This document shows, one piece after another, positions 47,964-61,680 of a stretch of DNA of 64,000 nt. The notes under the pieces were generated by a model, which worked only from the letters and a program-made list of their open reading frames with translations, ran no database searches and was not told where the DNA came from. This stretch comes from Podarcis erhardii (Eukaryota), in the NCBI GenBank assembly GCA_964252035.1, contig OZ176201.1; one strand, 5' to 3'. The stretch's first letter is position 1; each line of letters begins with the position of its first letter. The position numbers were made by a program, and so were the translations under genes.

Positions 47964-50054
47964 ATGACTGTTCCTTGTGCCACCAAATATTTCCTGGAGG
48001 GTCCCAGAGGGGCAGGTTTTGGAGGTATGAAGGGAGAACTATTTCTAGCAATAGTGTCAATTTTGTTGGTGGACTGATGCAGTTGGACTTCACCCATCTA
48101 TTTATGCTGCTTTTCTGTTGAGACAAAGTGTCTTAAAATAAAATAAAACACTTATAAAACCAGTTTCTCATATGGATGAGACAGAGATTGCACTGTATTT
48201 GACAGGGCCTCTATGGTCAGTCTTAAAGGCAGATTCATATGAGAGCTTACAGTTTCTGAGTGTCCTACCCTTTCAAAGATCAATACCAACACTTTAAATC
48301 AAGCACAGAAACAATTGCATATGATCACAGTTATATGTCCTCAAAACCAGATAGCTTGCCTCCTCTGCACTGATGGAATGATGGGTAAATAGATAGATTA
48401 TAGTCACAGGCCATACAGTCCTCTACACTAGGAATTCCAGATGTTGAGACCTATGTGTGTCATTTATTCCCACTATATTCTGATTTTGAGCCCTACCCTG
48501 ACTAAAGCAGCCTCTCCTCCTTCAATATTCTGGCCTAGCATGTTGTTTCAAGTTGTATATCCTGGCCATCTGGTCAGCATTTACCAATTAAGCTTCAACA
48601 GCATGGAAATCAAGCCTGGCCCAAAGCAGAGGCAGCTGAGGCCTCATACCCAGAAGGGCCAACTTGCTCTGCTAAATGCCTGTTGTGATTCTGGCCTCTG
48701 TTCTATGCCTGGCTTTCTCTCTAATTGTGTCAAGGAAGGCTAAAATATGACTATAGACAAAGCAGGTTGTAAAGACAGCTTGAATAGCATGATGTAGGGA
48801 ACATTGTCTTAGATCTGATTTCAAAACATAATGTCCATTCCATATCTACTAAAGTATCTTGTGAGTATGTTTAAGAAGTGGTACTTTTCAATTAAAATGG
48901 AAAGAGGGAATAGGCAAATAGCAAACATGAGCATATCAACTTTTTTTTTAATGTAAGAATTATGCCTGTCAGTCTCCATTGCTTTCATTTGGCAACAACA
49001 ACAAACAAAACTCCACCTCAGTACAGGGGAGAGATTTCATTCATCAGCTTTTGAGGAAAACAGAAATGGAACCTGAAGATAGGAGACTTCTCTGTGAATG
49101 ATGTGTAGAAGAGGATTAAGTTCTGGAATGGTGTCTGCAGTGTATTGAGGACTTGGAATATTCTTTGGAGTGGGGAATGGGCATTTATAAAATAGGTGTT
49201 TGTTTGTGGGAAAAGTGAGCTACTGCTATGTTGCTGTTGCCATTTTAAGGATTGCAAACATCCTTATATTTTTGGTGATTTTGCTCAAGCTCAGCAGTGA
49301 ATAGAAGCACTGCTGAAATGCTGAGCTCTCTGCAGAAACATCCATTAATTTAAGAATTTGTCATGACTGATTTATAAACTTCTGTTCCCTGAAACAGTTA
49401 TCTAATATTATCTTGAAAACTCCTTTGTAAAATGGAAGTCATGACCAGAAAAAATGTGTCTTAAATCATTTGTTTTTCTGTTTGCTTTCAGTGAAACAAA
49501 GAACGCAACATTCTATTTTCCAATTTATTATGTGAGGAGACGTGGGGAATGCTTTATATCCATCAAATTGTTCTTTTCTATTTTCCACAGAGCTGGAAAT
49601 CCTTCTCTGCTACTGCCACTTCCCATCCTGTTTATCATCACTAAAATATCAACCTTTCTTTTCCTTTTCTTCCCCTCCCCCATACTGAAATTTTGCATAA
49701 CAAATGAGCATAAGGAGGAGGAGGAGGTTATAAGGGAGATGCTAAAGTGATATGAAATTTAAAACGTACCAACTGCAAACAGGTTTTCTCAACAAATACA
49801 GTGTTGTTGTTTAAAAAAGAAATAACCAGATTAAAACTGCAACTTTTAAAGTAAGAGATTTATTAGTATGAACAGAGCTATCAAATTGCAACAAAAGGGC
49901 AAAACAGCAATCAGATTATTTGAAATGTGCATTTGAATCAATGAGGTTTACAGGGATTACTTAGGTTATGTGAAAATCCTGGAAGAATGTGGTGACATTT
50001 CTGTCAGTATGTACTTGATCAATGCCAGGGTTGGCCTGCATGGTGTTCCCAAAT

Positions 50055-50480
50055 GTTTGTTTGTTTATTATTTATTCTGCATTTTTTATACCAGCCTTTT
50101 CTCCAAGGTAGGAATACAGGGTAGCTCACCCCAAAGAGAATTCAGTATAGAAGAGAATATAAAAATATACAGTAGAAACAGTCTAAAATCAAATACACTT
50201 TAAACATAAATCAAAACCAATCAGCATCATCTGCTCCGGAATGACTTAAGACATGAAGGCCTGTACATATGAATGATTTTAACATAAATCTTATGTGGAA
50301 TACAGCCAAATATTACTCAGGAGAGAGTTCTGTAAATGGGGTGCTGCTACCAAGAACATCCTATCTTGTGTTACTATCTTGCCAGGGTTGATGAGATCAC
50401 AAGTAGGGACTCTAGTGTTGCCTGCAGGGCTCAAAGTCAGGAGGTATTGGGGAAGGCACTCTCTCAACATGCTTGTCACA
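50055..50480 (-). mobile_element. Old L2 LINE 3' fragment
   Basis: Minus translation LRECLPQY...QDRMFLVAAPHLQNSL matches L2 ...DRAFSVAAPRLWNSLP; antisense (TTTA)-type tail near 50055-50100. Confidence 0.6.
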
Positions 50481-50544
50481 TATCTAACTATATGATATTT
50501 GATTCCTATGGTTTGGTGTTCTAGTGATCTGCAGTAACGTGGAC

Positions 50545-50845
50545 CCCACTAAATTTTGCTGATGATGGTAAATTGTTAAAGGTTGTTAAAACAAAAAGAG
50601 ATTGCAGAAAGCTCCAAAAGGACCTTTCTAAAATGAGTGAGTGGGCAGTAAAATGGCAAATGCAATTCAATGTAAACAAGTGTAAAGTGATGCATGTTGG
50701 AACAAAGAATCTTAATTTCACATACATGCTCCTGGGGTCTGAACTGGAGGTGGCAGAGCTGGAGTGAGACTTGGCATGCTAGTAGATACCTCAATAAATA
50801 TATCTACCCAGTGAGTGGCAGCCATGAAAAAAGGCAAATTCCAAC
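50545..50845 (+). mobile_element. Old CR1 reverse transcriptase fragment
   Basis: KFADDGKL...LQKDLSKMSEWAVKWQMQFNVNKCKVMHVG, with stops and frameshifts downstream. Confidence 0.87.
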
Positions 50846-51515
50846 CTGTTGTGAAGGAACAAAAACATGTTAGTCATTTGTGCTCTGTTTCGGCTGTAAA
50901 ATGTTTTAGAGGCTGTGCTGACCAGGAGGGACAAATGTTTAGCTCAGAAAGTTGAACTTTAAGGGGAAATGAAACAAAACGAAACAAAAATGAAGAAAAG
51001 AAAAACCTAGAGAACTCTCGTGCCTCTCTGATTGGCCAAATATCTGGGAGGGCGTGTATATAAGTAGAGCTATATAAGTAGAGCTACAATTCCTAGTGTT
51101 CCCTGGGAAGAGAGGATTGATTGTTAAATCATTATAGAAACAGTAGTTCTGGAAGGAAAATAGGGATATCCTGACAACTATCTGCACCCTTAACAAACTA
51201 CAGTTCCCAGTATTCTTTGGGGGGTTAGCCATGACTGCCCTCTGCCTACACTTCAGAGCCAGAGAGTCATACGAGGCTGGGCCTCTCTTCTTCCTCCTCC
51301 TTGCCCACTCTGCAGCAAGTGCTATGAGCTACCCAAGGGATGAGGCCAGCAGTGGTGGCCATGAAGAGGCCACCACTGCTGCTGCCAGCTCACCCTCCTC
51401 CCCAAGCTTGCCGGTGGTGGTGCTGGCAGAATCCAGGATGGCTTTCATAATTCCGGGGCTGTCCCTGGCAAATAGGGACACTTGGAGGTGTGGGTTACAG
51501 TCCATGCACTTGGTA

Positions 51516-51651
51516 TAGGGTTGTCGTATTTCAACAAAAAACTTGTTGAGCTATTTTTGGCAGTTGTTGAGCTTTTTATTTTCCGTCAGTCTTTGCTGCC
51601 TACTGCGGTATTCGGATATGTCTGGAATATTCCGGACGTATGGCAACCCTA
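51516..51651. mobile_element. Unclassified MITE with TAGGGTTG(C/T)C termini
   Basis: TAGGGTTGTCGTAT at the left end and GTATGGCAACCCTA at the right end are inverted repeats. Confidence 0.6.
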
Positions 51652-54521
51652 ATCTGGTATGAAGGTTGTGGACCACAGAGACATCTCAGTCATAGTATTT
51701 TGAAGTGATAGCGACCGTGTTACATGTGGGTCACAATGGGGTTAGAAAACAATGTTGAAAAGCCCTGAAACTAGAAAGCTGAAATGTGGCTTTAAAAGAA
51801 CACACACACTGGAAAAAAAGGAAATCCTGAAGGTCTGAATGAAAGCAAGCTGATGGAGGAATCAAAATTACTGTACATTATGGCATTAGTAACTAAAGGC
51901 TGCAATCATATACACACACCCAGGAAGGGGACGGACAGAATGCCTAGGAGCTAGCAAAGCTGATCTGTTTGCCTCAGTGATAACAACACAAAAGACAATC
52001 TTTGTATAATATATTTCCAAATATTTATGGCAGAGACAAATCCACAGTAGAACATGCATTCATTTGTCTTTTTTTTTTTTGCTTCAAAGCTCCCTCTCCT
52101 TAGGTATAATCTCATCATCAGTGGAAGAGCTTTGGTCTGAAATATGCTTTGGTCTCTTAAAATACAGTAATCAGAGGTGATCAGTGGTTGGTACAATTAA
52201 TACAAAGTAACAGGTTGCTCAACTCTGTTTGATTCACAGAATGTACTACTTTGACATGCAAAAGTATGAAAACATTATAAAGTATAATTTAGTCCTGGAG
52301 ACGTGATTTTTGTCAACAAAAGGCAATACCAGAATAACAATGTCTGTAACAGTTCTGTTCATGACACTTATAACTTAGAGGAGTAGCAATTTGGAAGGAG
52401 CCATTTTTCAAGCCTAAATATGCAGTGCAACCTTGTCCTGGGCTTGCAGATAATTTCAAGAAGTCACTGAAAATGATTGTCTATTAAAGGGTGAGACCTC
52501 TGGTATTTCCTAGTCGCTAGAAATCATCATATATTAGAATGGAAAGACCTCTGGTATTTCCAGGTGTCAAAGTCCCAATTTAAGGGAAATGAGAGATTTT
52601 ATGTAAAAACAAAAACAAATAGAGGCTGATACTTTGTTGTGGCCAGGATAATGGGATTAGAAAAAAGAAAAGATCAAGGATCGTTTAGTGATTTTCTTAT
52701 TCTACTTCTGGTTCTGGTATTTTTTAAGAGAGAAAGAGAGAATAGTGAAATAAGGATATTAGGAATAGTGAAGCACAGGAAGGACTACAGAGTATATTCA
52801 GCCTGGAATAATTCAGCTTTATCTAGAGATGGAAGGAAAATAGCAGAAAATTCAGATGATTTAATTAAAGAAGTTTAATAATGCAGACTTTTCAACAGCT
52901 GGCATTCCTGTGCATCTTTCTCAAAGAACATATTCTGATTACACAGAACTGATCCAAATTCTCCCCTTCTAAATTTAGAACTTATTTGAACCACTACTTT
53001 TAGAACCTAAATTTTTTAGCCCATTCACTTGAATGTCTCAGTGAGTGTTGTCTTTGCAGTGTAGGACAAGATTTGTGTGGATTATGAATAGTCTGTTTGT
53101 GCATAGTTGTATCATTGTTGCACCACACCATGGGTACCAATTGCCTTCCCTTCTACTTTACTGGTGTAGTCCTCTATATTTCCTGTGCAAGGAAAAAGGT
53201 GATTGGGGTCCTGCAAAGGAGCCATGAGGAATGTTTTTAGAAACTGAGCAGAGGTGCTCATTGTCTTCCTTTATTGTACTAACACACTTCTGCTTCCGAC
53301 CTGATCTATAATGTGAAAATGCTTATATTGTTGATTGGGTGAGGTATCAAGCCTCTTCTCCTTCACCATCCTTCTTTGAAAATTGATGCTGCATATCAAG
53401 ACTTATGTCTGGGATCATGGAACTGAACTACAGCTCCCATCTTCCCAAGCAAAAAATGCCAATGTCAAGTCCTGGTAGGGATGGTGGGACTTGTAGTTCT
53501 CTCATTGAGTAAGATGTTTGTCTTCATTGGTATTGAAAACAGCATGGAAAAGGAGGAAGTGCTGTCCTTTCTTTGCCAAATCCATCACTAGAGCCACCAT
53601 TACTTGCTCCCCCATTTTGAACTTCCTTCTTGGGGACCACTGCAGGGTGGTATGTGGGAATAGGTCTCCAGTGAGCATTCTTTCCAGTACATGGCAGGTT
53701 TCACTTGAGTGGGGCCTGATTCGTATACAGGGTGAGTAGCCTTCTTTATGTAAGCGTGAAAAATCTCTGAGCCATGGGTCATTCCTGTGATCCTTCAGGT
53801 CCCTCTGTTAGGCCCTAAGGATGCTTTCACAGGCCATGCCCCACACTGTCCCTTCCTCAGGTGCTTTTGCCTGGCTGGAATGTGCCCTTAAACTGTGATA
53901 ATGCCTTTTGCTTGGCGGGATGAAGGATGGAAGATTTGTGGCTGCATGGGTATGCCTTTTACATGGATGGAATGTGCAAAGACTTTAACCCATTGGTCTG
54001 CTCAGTTCTGTTTCTGCCCTGCCAACAATGGTCATGTGGTTCTCAGATGGTTCCTTATGAAGGAATGTGCCCAAGGTTAAGTGATGGTGTTGTGTTGGTT
54101 CATTGTCTCAACCAGTGTGTTGGCAGGAGATAGGAGTCCAGTTCCACCATTACTGAGGCAGCTCACCCTAAGTAAGGGTCTACCTGGCCTGTCACATCTT
54201 GTTCTGTATAGTTAGAGTGGTGCTACCCTAAATAGGTACTTGTATGCTGGAGGTATCATCCTTTCAGGTCCCAAGTTCCTTGTCATCCCATTTCTACTTC
54301 AAGGTATTGATTCAGTCTCAACATACTTTCAGGTGAGAATCATACAGACTTTTATGAGTATTAGTTGCACACTCTCCTGCAGCAGAATCACTCAGTCCTC
54401 TTGCCTTCTCTGTGTTCTCATTGGGAAAACAAGACATGCACTCAAGGATGTGTTTGGCCAATCCCATCTTATTTTCTGCTTGACTTTTCAGGGTGGCATG
54501 CCACCCAAGCAGTGAGGAACC

Positions 54522-54689
54522 CAGGGCAGCCTGTCCTGTTTCACTGCCTGAGGCAAAACAGGCAGATGCCGTTGATGTGGTGGCTTCCAGTAAGATATTG
54601 CTGGGTGGAGGCAGGGTCCCACAGTGCCCTGTGGAATTCCACAACCTGAGGTAGCTGCTTCACTGTACCTCATGGGCAGGCCAGCCCTG
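54522..54689. mobile_element. hAT-like MITE
   Basis: CAGGGCAGCCTGTCC / GGGCAGGCCAGCCCTG inverted ends; 8-bp flanks GAGGAACC/GCAGAACC match at 6 of 8. Confidence 0.6.
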
Positions 54690-56893
54690 GCAGAACCACC
54701 TAGTATATCCACACAGCAGTGCCCCAATCACACAGTGTGTCCTTCACAATAACAGTTGCACCCAAGGAGCACAGAAGCCCAAACAAATCTAGTCTCTTCA
54801 ACCCTTCAAACAGCTTGCACTGTTTCCACTTAGTCGAGCAATATATGGCACTAAAAGAGGGTCAATGGTACTCAACATTTGCCCAGGGAAGCCTTGGTTT
54901 CACCAAAGGAGAAAAGGTCGACCCACACAGGGCCACAGACAACCCTCATTCACCAGCCAATGGAAAGTGTTGGGAAAGGGAATGCCCCAGAAAATAGCTA
55001 ATTATCCTCAATGGGGATATGCAAGCACCTGCCACTCACAATTTGCTACAAATAAGCTGCCACAGCCCAAAATGGTTCCACTGGGCACATTAACCTTCCA
55101 GAAGGTTCCAGAAGGCCCTGTTCATACTAGTGAATAAAAGCTCCCGAAACTCAAGGCCTAGCAGCCTCACTGATTCTTTTGCCACCACTTCCACTTGCAA
55201 ACTGTTGAAGTTCACTGCCTCAACAATACCTTGGTCTGCCACTGCTCTTTCAAGCAATCACACAGACATTGCCTCCTGCTGCAGCCAAGAAGAGTGTAGG
55301 ACAGGGAGCCTGAATAATTCTGGTTGGGACACATTAAGCCCTTATGCCCTGCAGCCTCACACCATGTTTTATTCTTCCCCAAAGGCGCAGGACACCCAGG
55401 GCAAAGGAGGGACTGCAGAGACTCACAATAGCAGGGGGGAGGTAATTAAACAGGTGATATTTGTTTATGCATTATTTTAGATGAAAACAATTTCACAGCC
55501 TGTAAATGTAGTGCCAATTAGTTTGTTAGATGGATTAATGTCTTAATGTGTTCTGGGGGTTGGGCAGCCGAGAATGATGGATTAATTAGAAAATTGTTTG
55601 GGGGTTTTGTTTTGTTTTCCTCTTGACCATGCCTGTTATGTTTTTAATAGAACATTTAAAACTCGTAGTGGCAAGATTAACATGATAGATTATAATGGCC
55701 TTAGAAAAGCCAGCACATTTTATCAGGTCACTAACTATGGATGGAAGACATTTTTAAAGGAAGAAGCAGAATGTTGTAAGATCCATTAGGTTTTGTAGGG
55801 TCAAAACGTGTTTAAATAGGCATTAAGCCAATTGGCCTGAGGTGTTAATAATGTATTCATGAAATAAAATGTGCCAAAATTCAGAGCACACTGCTTTTGA
55901 TTAAATGTATTTTCTTCATTTACAAGCACAGTCCTTAATATAGTCTTCTCCATTTTGAAAAACTGATTTCCCCAATGGAGCATAGGTCTCCCAGAGGCTC
56001 TTTGCCAATGTACATCTAGCAGTTACTTGTTGCTACTACTGGCATCTCCATTCAGGACTGACAAATGATGCTTATTACCCTATCAATGCTGCCTTGATGC
56101 TGAACCAGCAGCAGAAGCTTCCTCAATACAAATACTGTAGTGCTTTCAGCTTGATTTTATATTAACCAAAGCTTCAAATGAATGTTTGTTTGGTTTTTGT
56201 TTAAAAAAGTAATAACATAAAATTAGACTTGTGTTAGGAGAAGCACAAACTTGTATTTTTTCTGCTACCTTGTGTTTCTGGGTAGACATGTATTGCTGTT
56301 TTATAGCAGCCACACTAAAACCTCAGGTATCTGCTATTGGCAGCTCTCATTTCTGCCCTAGGGGAGATTTAAAAATGGCTTCCACTGAAAACCTGGGAAT
56401 TCTCTATCCAGGCAACCTCACACTTTTTCAATCTCTGTGGATCAAGCAGCCATAAAGATTCTGGTAAACCTGTACTAAATATATATATATTTTTTTAACT
56501 GAACTTTGCTCGGGAGTGTTAGTCAGCATTTTCCAGAAGCTGTAAAGAATCTTGCACATACTAACAGGGGAGCATGTCCTGTTACTCACGAAAATAATCC
56601 AGTTTAGGACCAGCTTGTGAGAGCCCAGCCTGGATAGAGATTCAGTGCTTTGCAATTGATTTGCTTTAGGAGAAATCCCAAGCCAAATAGCAGCTGGACT
56701 ACCTCTCCCCTTTTGGCATTTCTTCTGGTGGAACTTTCTGCTGTAGTTTGTAGGACAACAGCAGGAAGTATCAGTAGTTTCCAGTAACAAGAATAAGCAC
56801 AGTTTGGAGGATGTGGTATTCTGCAACTCAGTGAAAGAATGTTTTGATGTATAGATGTATACACTCACTGGCCCCATTCCCTGACCTCTAGGC

Positions 56894-57029
56894 CAGGCAT
56901 CCCCAAACTCAGCCCTCCAAATGTTTTGGGACTACAGTTCCCATCATCCCTGACCACTGGTCCTGTTAGCTAGGGATGATGGAAGTTGTAGTCCCAAAAC
57001 ATCTGGAGGGCCGAGTTTGGGGATGCCTG
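56894..57029. mobile_element. hAT-type MITE, 136 bp
   Basis: TIRs CAGGCATCCCCAAACTC / GAGTTTGGGGATGCCTG; perfect TSD CTCTAGGC (56886-56893, 57030-57037). Confidence 0.95.
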
Positions 57030-58533
57030 CTCTAGGCATTCATAGAAGGTGGGGAAAAGACTTATATGTACAGAAAGCTCTTGTGATGTGTGGAAGGACA
57101 ACTTCCATACAGAGGTTTGCTTAACATACAAAGATTTGTGGGGGAATGGCTGGGGAGTTTGATCCCACTTCTTTCTTCACACTTTCAGTGTGTAGCACAG
57201 GACATGTGCAAAGTTCCTTCTCTGCAAAATTCTTCCACAGTTTGCCTTGTTCCTAGCAGCAACCAAGTGGGTTAAGAAAAACAAGTTGTAGGTACTTTAC
57301 TGTGGATCAAAGGAATATTTTATTTTATTTTTGAAACAGAAGCCTGCTGTCACAGGATAATACTTCTCAGAAAACAAGGGCAAATGCATTATGGCTGCTT
57401 TCCTCATGTGTTTTATGGATGTGGAGGGACTGGCTTTGAATGGCTCTGCAGGGGCAGCCATAACTTGGCTAACAGTGCTTAAATGAAAGGCAGGGAATCA
57501 GGGAAGTCAACGTTTGGGCTAACATCACATTTCTAGCTCCATCTGTTTGTGACAGCAGCACAGCATGGGTCCCAGGCAATATGTCAGGCTCTGCTTTGAA
57601 TTTCCTACCTTGTGTCAGTTTGTGTCATACCTTTTACTGGGGGAAAAAAGACCCCAGCCCAAAAAACCCTGGTTCTTACAGTTAAGAATATACATGCTCG
57701 ATTCTTCATGAGACACCCCCCAGAAAGAGGAAAGTTCTGCTTGAATACCTGTCTAGCAAGTATACTGTATGCATTTCTCATTGTGGGGAAAATTATATGT
57801 ATATAAAATCTATATGCACCAGAGGAATCTGGTGCAGGTGTCATGCAACCCATAGGAAATGATGTTCCTGAGCTTGAAGGAGTGAGCTGGCCTTAAGGAT
57901 AAAACTACTTCTCCAGTTCTCCAGGAAAGTAAGATTGATTGAAATAGAGGACAAGCTGGCAGGGACAGCTAGAGACAAGCTTAGTTTTTTGTTTTGGTTT
58001 TTCAGAGTTCTCTGAGAAAGCCTGGGGAAAATGAATTAATTACAAGTTGAGTTGTGGGGGCCTCATCCATCACTAATGTGCGAAGTTTGGTTTTATAAAG
58101 GCTTAAATGCCCGTTGCAGGGTTGTGGGGCTTGCAGCCACACCATAGGAATTTTAATTTTATCATAGTGGGGGTTTGGGGGAAGTGTTCCTTCAGGACCT
58201 GAGAGAGCCAGTGACAGCCACACATACCGTGCAGGTGTGTTGGTGAGTTTGCACTGCGACAGCTTCAGCACTTTCTCCCCCTCTCCATCCTTGTAAGTCA
58301 CAGTGATACTGGTGATGGGCGATCAGAAAAGCAATAGTGCCCCACTGGCCATTGCTTCAGCATACAGGAAAGGGAGAATGATCATTGTCTTCCCAGTGGC
58401 TGATAGAAATCTGCCCAAACCCAAGATGATAGGAGATAGGGGGAGAAAAATGCATTGTGGGGTATGTTTCTAGGGCCCAGCTAATTTTTATGTCTGCAAG
58501 TTGTTTTTTAACCTTTTTTAATATTGTTTGATA

Positions 58534-58884
58534 GGGACGCGGGTGGCGCTGTGGATTAAACCACAGAGCCTAGGACTTGCCGATCAGAAGGTCGGCGGTT
58601 CGAATTCCCATGACGGGGTGAGCTCCCATTGCTCGGTCCCTGCTCCTGCCAACCTAGCAGTTTGAAAGCACGTCAAAGTGCAAGTAGATAAATAGGTACC
58701 GCTCTGGTGGGAAGGTAAACAGAGTTTCTGTGTGCTGCTCTGGTTCGCAGAAGTGGCTTAGTCATGCTGGCCACATGACCCGGAAGCTGTAGGCTGGCTC
58801 CCTCGGCCAGTAAAGCGAGATGAGCGCCGCAACCCCAGAGTCGGTCACGACTGGACCTAATGGTCAGGTGTTCCTTTACCTTTA
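58534..58884 (+). mobile_element. Sauria SINE (Squam1), lacertid type, full length
   Basis: GGGACGCGGGTGGCGCTGTGG head, GGTTCGAATTCCC B box, GAGTCGGTCACGACTGGACC...CCTTTACCTTTA tail, 15-bp TSD; inserted into an L2-like 3' tail. Confidence 0.95.
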
Positions 58885-59140
58885 TCTAATATCATTTGAT
58901 ATTAACTTTTTAATATGAATATTGTTTTTAATGCTGTAGCCCATCCTGGGATCTTATGGTGAAGGGCAGGTAATAAACAAAATAAGATGATGATACTTTC
59001 CATAGGGATTGTAGCTGGGAATGGAAAGTTTAACCCCTCTATGAAAACGCTGTGGTCCAATGGAAATTGCTCACCCTTGTGTCTGGGATTCATTTTTAAA
59101 ATAATTTTGCATGGCTGCAGTTAATGAATGTGTAATTCAT

Positions 59141-59830
59141 CTTGAGAGCAGTACATGTGAAAAGGATCTAGGAGTCTTGGTTGACCACAAACTTGACATG
59201 AGCCAACAGTGTGATGCGGCAGCTAAAAAAGCCAATGCAATTTTGGGCTGCATCAATAGGAGTATAGCATCTAGATCAAGGGAAGTAATAGTGCCACTGT
59301 ATTCTGCTCTGGTCAGACCTCACCTGGGGTACTGTGTCCAGTTCTGGGCACCACAGTTCAAGAAGGACACTGAGAAACTGGAACGTGTCCAGAGGAGGGC
59401 AACCAAAATGGTCAAAGGCCTGGAAACGATGCCTTATGAGGAATGGCTAAGGGAGCTGGGCATGTTTAGCCTGGAGAAGAGGAGGTTAAGGGGTGATATG
59501 ATAGCCATGTTCAAATATATAAAAGGATGTCACATAGAGGAGGGAGAAAGGTTGTTTTCTGCTGCTCCAGAGAAGCGGACACGGAGCAATGGTTCCAAAC
59601 TACAAGAAAAAAGATTCCACCTAAACATTAGGAGGAACTTCCTGACAGTGAGAGCTGTTCGACAGTGGAATTTGCTGCCAAGGAGTGTGGTGGAGTCTCC
59701 TTCTTTGGAGGTCTTTAAGCAGAGGCTTGACGACCATATGTCAGGAGTACTCTGATGGTGTTTCCTGCTTGGCAGGGGGTTGGACTCGATGGCCCTTGTG
59801 GTCTCTTCCAACTCTATGATTCTATGATTC
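59141..59830 (+). mobile_element. Young 5'-truncated CR1 LINE with an uninterrupted ORF2 C-terminus
   Basis: Open frame EKDLGVLVD...ANAILGCI...[15 protein letters not shown]...[10 protein letters not shown]...RRLRGDMI...FKQRLD; (ATTCTATG)n tail. Confidence 0.97.
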
Positions 59831-60000
59831 ATAGTTACCTGAAAGTAGAATGGTGCATTGGGAAACCTGTTTATTTATTTTAAATTTTTGCCTTCTGGAT
59901 CCCTCCTAGTATGATATTTGTGGAACTGTTATGGAACTGCCCTAGATGTGGGATCTATACAGGACAGCCAGCACATATCTCCTGTACTTAAAAGCTTGCA

Positions 60001-60105
60001 ATGGCTGCCCATGTGTTACTGACCCATGTTCAAGGTTCTTGTTTTAATTTACAAAGACGCTCAACTACTGAGGTCCAGAAAGCAAAAAAGACTCCCTGGT
60101 TCAAG
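60001..60105 (+). mobile_element. L2 ORF2 fragment
   Basis: QWLPMCY*PMFKVLVLIYK matches L2 HWLP..R..FKVL.L.YKAL. Confidence 0.55.
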
Positions 60106-61619
60106 CACTTAAATCTTTAGGGGTGTCTGGATTCAAGTAATCTGGTGCACTAGCAGAAACAAGCACAAAGACTTCCACTAACTTCCACTCTCCCCTCCCT
60201 CAAATCTGTTCAGGACGGTCAGCAAAACCACCAGAACAGTGTGATGGGGAAGAGAAGGGAGATCATTCCATCTAGCAAGCTGAAGGAATGGTCATATCAG
60301 CACAAGGTTAAATTCCACTCTGTTACTGATCCCCCATGGCTCAGGCACATGGTTCATATCCATCAGGAGCTGTGTATTCAGTACTGTGGGTCCTGTTCTG
60401 TGTAAGTCCCTCCCAGCTAAGATCAGATAGGCCTCTTCTGTGCTGAACCTCTGGTGCTTGATGGAAACTTTTTGTTTTATTTCAGCATTTTAAGTAATTT
60501 TGACTGGTGTTATCTACTGTCTCTATTTTGCATCTTTACTGTACACAGCTTAGAGGCTATGGGGTTTAGTGGTATATGAATTGTAGAAATAAAAATGTAA
60601 AGTAAGGAATCCAACCATTATATGCATCTATATGCAGGAGTAGCTGGTGGAGCAGGGTAGCAATGTAGAACAGACCTCCTGGCAGCTTCATTGATGTCCT
60701 TTACTGGGAGGGTAGGACAGGCACACAAGCAGTAGTGCTGGATTGACTCTTCCAGTGTGCCGGTGCCTAGTGCTGTTTTTCTAGAAAAAGAGACACTGGA
60801 ACTCACCATGAGTGCTGCCCTTGTTCTCTTAGAATAACAATGGAGCCCACTGGAGAGGGGCCAGAACTGAGTTCCAGAGAGTTCTGGCTGAGGAAAAGCC
60901 CTGCCTGTACCCACAACCACCACCACCCCTTGGCACCACCTGGTCAGCCATAGTGACAAATTTTCTAGGAAGCTGGCTTTGCATTGTCACTTCACAAGTT
61001 GTGTCTGGTTGTCTGTGGACTGAAAGGTCTGTTTTATTTAAGTTTTCCTCCCACATGTAAGGACAGTATTAAACTTGATTTGAGATTATACAGAGGTCAT
61101 CCTATTAAAAAAAAAAAAGAACCAAGATTTACCACTGTTTCTGAAGGAAATTGCAAAAGACTGTTGCTAAGTTTTAAAAGCAACAATTAGGCGAATGCTT
61201 TTATTAGCATTTTAAACAAGCCGCAATTGACCAGTGTAGTTTTAGACACAGGTTTATCTGCTAAATAATGTACACTGGATGAATAGTGAAACACAGGTCA
61301 GAGGGCTGCTGCTGACAAAGTTAAGCCACTCAGATGAAGCTTTTAATCTATTCTTACTCTGGCCATTCATGTAATCAAAATCTTTTAAATATGAAAGAGT
61401 TCTAGATCTAGTTTGGTTCAGGTAATGTTGCATGCATCACAAGCTGCCACATGCTCAGATGCACAATAGTTGTCTAATTGCTGGATGTCTAATTGCTTTG
61501 GCCTGTGATGAGCCGGAATGAAATTTATTCAGCTTATCACAATGTGATTGCCTATGTGGTTGGGTGACCTCATCGCCATATGTCCAGGTACAACTTTGAT
61601 CACTCAGTGCACACTTCAC

Positions 61620-61680
61620 AAGAACATAAGAAGAGACCTGCTGGATCAGGCCAGCATCCTGTTCTCACAGTGGTCAATCA
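61620..61680 (-). mobile_element. CR1 3' tail fragment
   Basis: AAGAACATAAGAAGAGACCTGCTGGATCAGGCC is the antisense of the CR1 terminus seen at 20700-20739. Confidence 0.55.

Noticed and set aside
47689-48126. Long ORFs spanning the X run
   Set aside because: Artefacts of the 200-N assembly gap.
54865-55137. Plus-strand peptide QPSFTSQWKVLG...NYPQWG resembling a Gypsy integrase core
   Set aside because: Catalytic D and E residues are absent, and opposite-strand readings fit equally weakly; kept only as part of the low-confidence block finding.
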